This document shows, piece by piece, positions 61,443 through 64,000 of a stretch of 64,000 nt of DNA. A model generated the notes under the pieces. It was given only the letters and a program-made list of their open reading frames with translations. It was not told where the DNA came from and searched no databases. The DNA lies in the NCBI RefSeq assembly GCF_963921235.1, contig NC_086104.1, forward strand, positions 4,216,001-4,280,000, in the 5' to 3' direction. This DNA comes from Mobula hypostoma. Lineage: Eukaryota. Made by a program: the position numbers and the translations under genes. The first letter of the stretch is position 1. Every line of letters starts with the position of its first letter.

Positions 61443-62629
61443 TTTAAACCGTCTATGTCTGATGTATTTTTTAACGAGTGGAATAGATTGGGTATTAAAT
61501 GTTTTTATGATTTCTTTGTTGAAGATACTCTGTCTTCATTTGAACAATTGTCAGTTAAGTATAGCCTACCGAGAAATCACTTCTTTTGATATTTACTAAT
61601 GAGAGACTTTTTGCATTCTCAAGTTCATGCATTTCCTAAAAGCCCAGATAAAAATTTACATGATATCGTTTTTAATTTGAAACCCTTCCAACATGCATCT
61701 ATTTCTAATATTTATACTATGTTGTTGGGAATGAGAAATATTTCTTTAGATAAAATTAAAAATCTTTGGGAACAAAATTTACAGATTTCAATTTCCGAGG
61801 ACACTTGGAATGAAATATTTTAATTAGTTAATACTTCTTCATTATGTGTCCATCATTCCCTTCTACAATTTAAAGTGGTTCATAGAGTCCATGTGTCTAA
61901 AGATAAGCTGTCTCGATTTTATTCAGATATATCGTCCTTTTGTGATAGATGTAATATTGGAGAAGCTTCATTAAACCATATGTTTTGGACTTGTCCGAAT
62001 CTTAAAAAATATTGGAAGGAAGTATTTCAAACTTTTTCGGTGCTTTTTAAAGTAGATTTTAAACCTAATACTTTGACGGCCTTATTTGATATTGTTGGAG
62101 GAAATGATATTATTTTGGAGACACATGATCTGCACATTTTGGCCTTTATTTCTCTTACAGCCAGGAGGGCGTTGATGCTTAAATGGAAGGATGTCACTCC
62201 ACCTACTCATACTCATTGGTTACATGATGCTATGTCTTGCTTTAATTTAGAGAAGAGTCACTGTTCGATTTCCGAACCTAGACAAGATTTTTTTTGACAT
62301 TATGGGGACCTTTTTTGAATTATTTCCATAATCTTTGACTGCTATTAAGCACGGATGTTGGCAAATAGTATGCTCTACTATATGTTATGGATCTTTTCCT
62401 TTTTTTTAAGCAAACAGCTGTTTTTTCTGGTAGTGGGTTTAGATTATTTTTGTAATAATATAATTATCTCTTTTCAATATTATGTTTAAACTTAATTTTA
62501 TATGGATATGGGGTAATTACACCTTATCTGTGATTTCATTATATTATAATCAATATATATATTATATATTCTACTGTACTCTATATTCTTTTATGTAAGA
62601 AATTAATAAAAATATTGGAAAAGAAAGAA
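61443..62629 (+). mobile_element. 5'-truncated L1/Tx1 (ORF2 C-terminus, 3' UTR, A-rich tail)
   Basis: CDRC...HMFWTC motif. 12-bp TSD AGAATGTACACT at 61431-61442 and 62630-62641. Confidence 0.85.
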
Positions 62630-64000
62630 AGAATGTACACTCCGAGCATAGACTGGGGACATTTGCAACAGAGACTCAGTACATTTACTGAGAATAGAAG
62701 GCAGTCTCGCTTCCAGGCACTGATGTCAAAACACTGCTGTTTAGCCTTCATTACATGACACAGTCCTTCTGTCACAACGTGCACTGGCAATATCAGAATC
62801 CAAGTGTAGAGGAAAGAGAGACACTAATGTAGAGACAGTGACCATAGTTTATTCACAATAATTCCAAAGAAACATCAGAGCTCGGCTGAACAACACAGTG
62901 AGAAGTGACATTCTCAAAACCAGGACCATGCAATCAGCACTAATCAGGCATCCACTTAAATCATAAAAGTAATACAGAATCTCCGAGCTGATCTAAATAA
63001 ACTTAACAAGTAAAAACAAAGAAAGCACCAGGAAAACGCATTACAAAGAGTGAGTTGCTTGAGGTAAACACAAGGAACTCTATATTTTTAATTATTCTCA
63101 TTAAGCAACAACTAATCAAACTCAGGAACTCGGAAAACCTCAGAGTCCAACTCTGGCACACTGCACGTGCTCAGAGAACTCATTACAGCAGACCACATTG
63201 GAGCTCGAAAAACCTGCGAGCCCAACACTCTCTGGTGCATCACACAGTGCACAGGCCCAGAGAACTCATTTACAGCACAACAGATTGGAGCTTAAATCTA
63301 ATCACTTTCACCCGGTCCTCTTTGACCTACATTGGCTCCCCCCACCAATTTAAAATTCTTAATGTTGTGCTGGCTTCATCCCTCCTTGTATTGACCAACG
63401 GTCTGAGAAATAGTTTCATATTCTCATAAGACCATAAGACCAAGGAATAGAATTATGCCATTTGGCCCATCGAGTTTGCTCCAACATTCCATCATGACTG
63501 ATTTTTTATCCCGATCAATCCCATTCTCCTTGTAATCTTTGATGCTATTACTAATCAGCAACCTATCAACCTCCACTTCTAATACCCCAATGTCTTGGTC
63601 TCCACAGTCGCCTATGGCAATGAATTCCACAGATTCACCATCCTCTAGCTAAAGAAATTCCTCCTCATCTCTGTTCAAAATGGATGAGGCTGTGCCCTCT
63701 GGTCCTGGACTCCACCATTACAGGAAGCATCCTCTCCACATCCACTTTATCCAGACCTTTCAATATTCGATAGGTTTCAATGAGATATCTCCCTCATTTG
63801 TCTAAGTTCCAGTGAGTAAAGGCACAGAAACATCAAATGCTCCTCATACATTAATCCTTTCATTCCTGAGATCATTCTTGTGAATCTCCTCTGGACTTCC
63901 TCCAATGCCAGAACATTCTTTATTAGACAGGGGTCCAAAAACTGCTCACAATATTCCAAGTGTGGTCTGACCAGTGCCCCATAAAGCATCAGCATTGTAT
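61575..64000 (+). repeat. Segmental duplication, copy 2 (runs off the window end)
   Basis: Near-identical to 46408-48833. Confidence 0.95.

Noticed and set aside
1-64000. CRISPR arrays, rRNA, genuine tRNA genes, prokaryotic operons
   Set aside because: None seen. tRNA-like boxes belong to SINE heads, and short periodic repeats are LINE 3' microsatellite tails.

Overview
Eukaryotic, repeat-saturated genomic DNA. The mix of CR1 LINEs with (CATAGAAA)n/(CATAAGA)n tails, L1/Tx1, Rex1/Babar, Penelope elements and V-SINEs points to a cartilaginous fish, probably a ray (inference). Nearly all long ORFs in the track are retrotransposon fragments. Between the repeats is one multi-exon host gene on the minus strand, reconstructed by hand from splice sites and reading phases. 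It has a signal-peptide exon (59497-59545), two Ig V-set exons each with a germline-encoded J-like G strand (35251-35613, 24291-24635), an uncharged transmembrane exon (16231-16369) and several candidate small cytoplasmic exons (14129-14156, 6051-6094, 5777-5893, 5735-5758, 3800-3843). The predicted product is a non-rearranging type I membrane receptor, L-VJ-VJ-TM-cyt, with antigen-receptor-like V domains, no C domain and no RSS. Its exact family cannot be assigned without a search. The window also holds a full-length L1 and a full-length Rex1/Babar with target-site duplications (TSDs), a near-complete CR1, a solo-type LTR, Penelope hammerhead ribozyme motifs, and two independent traces of segmental duplication.
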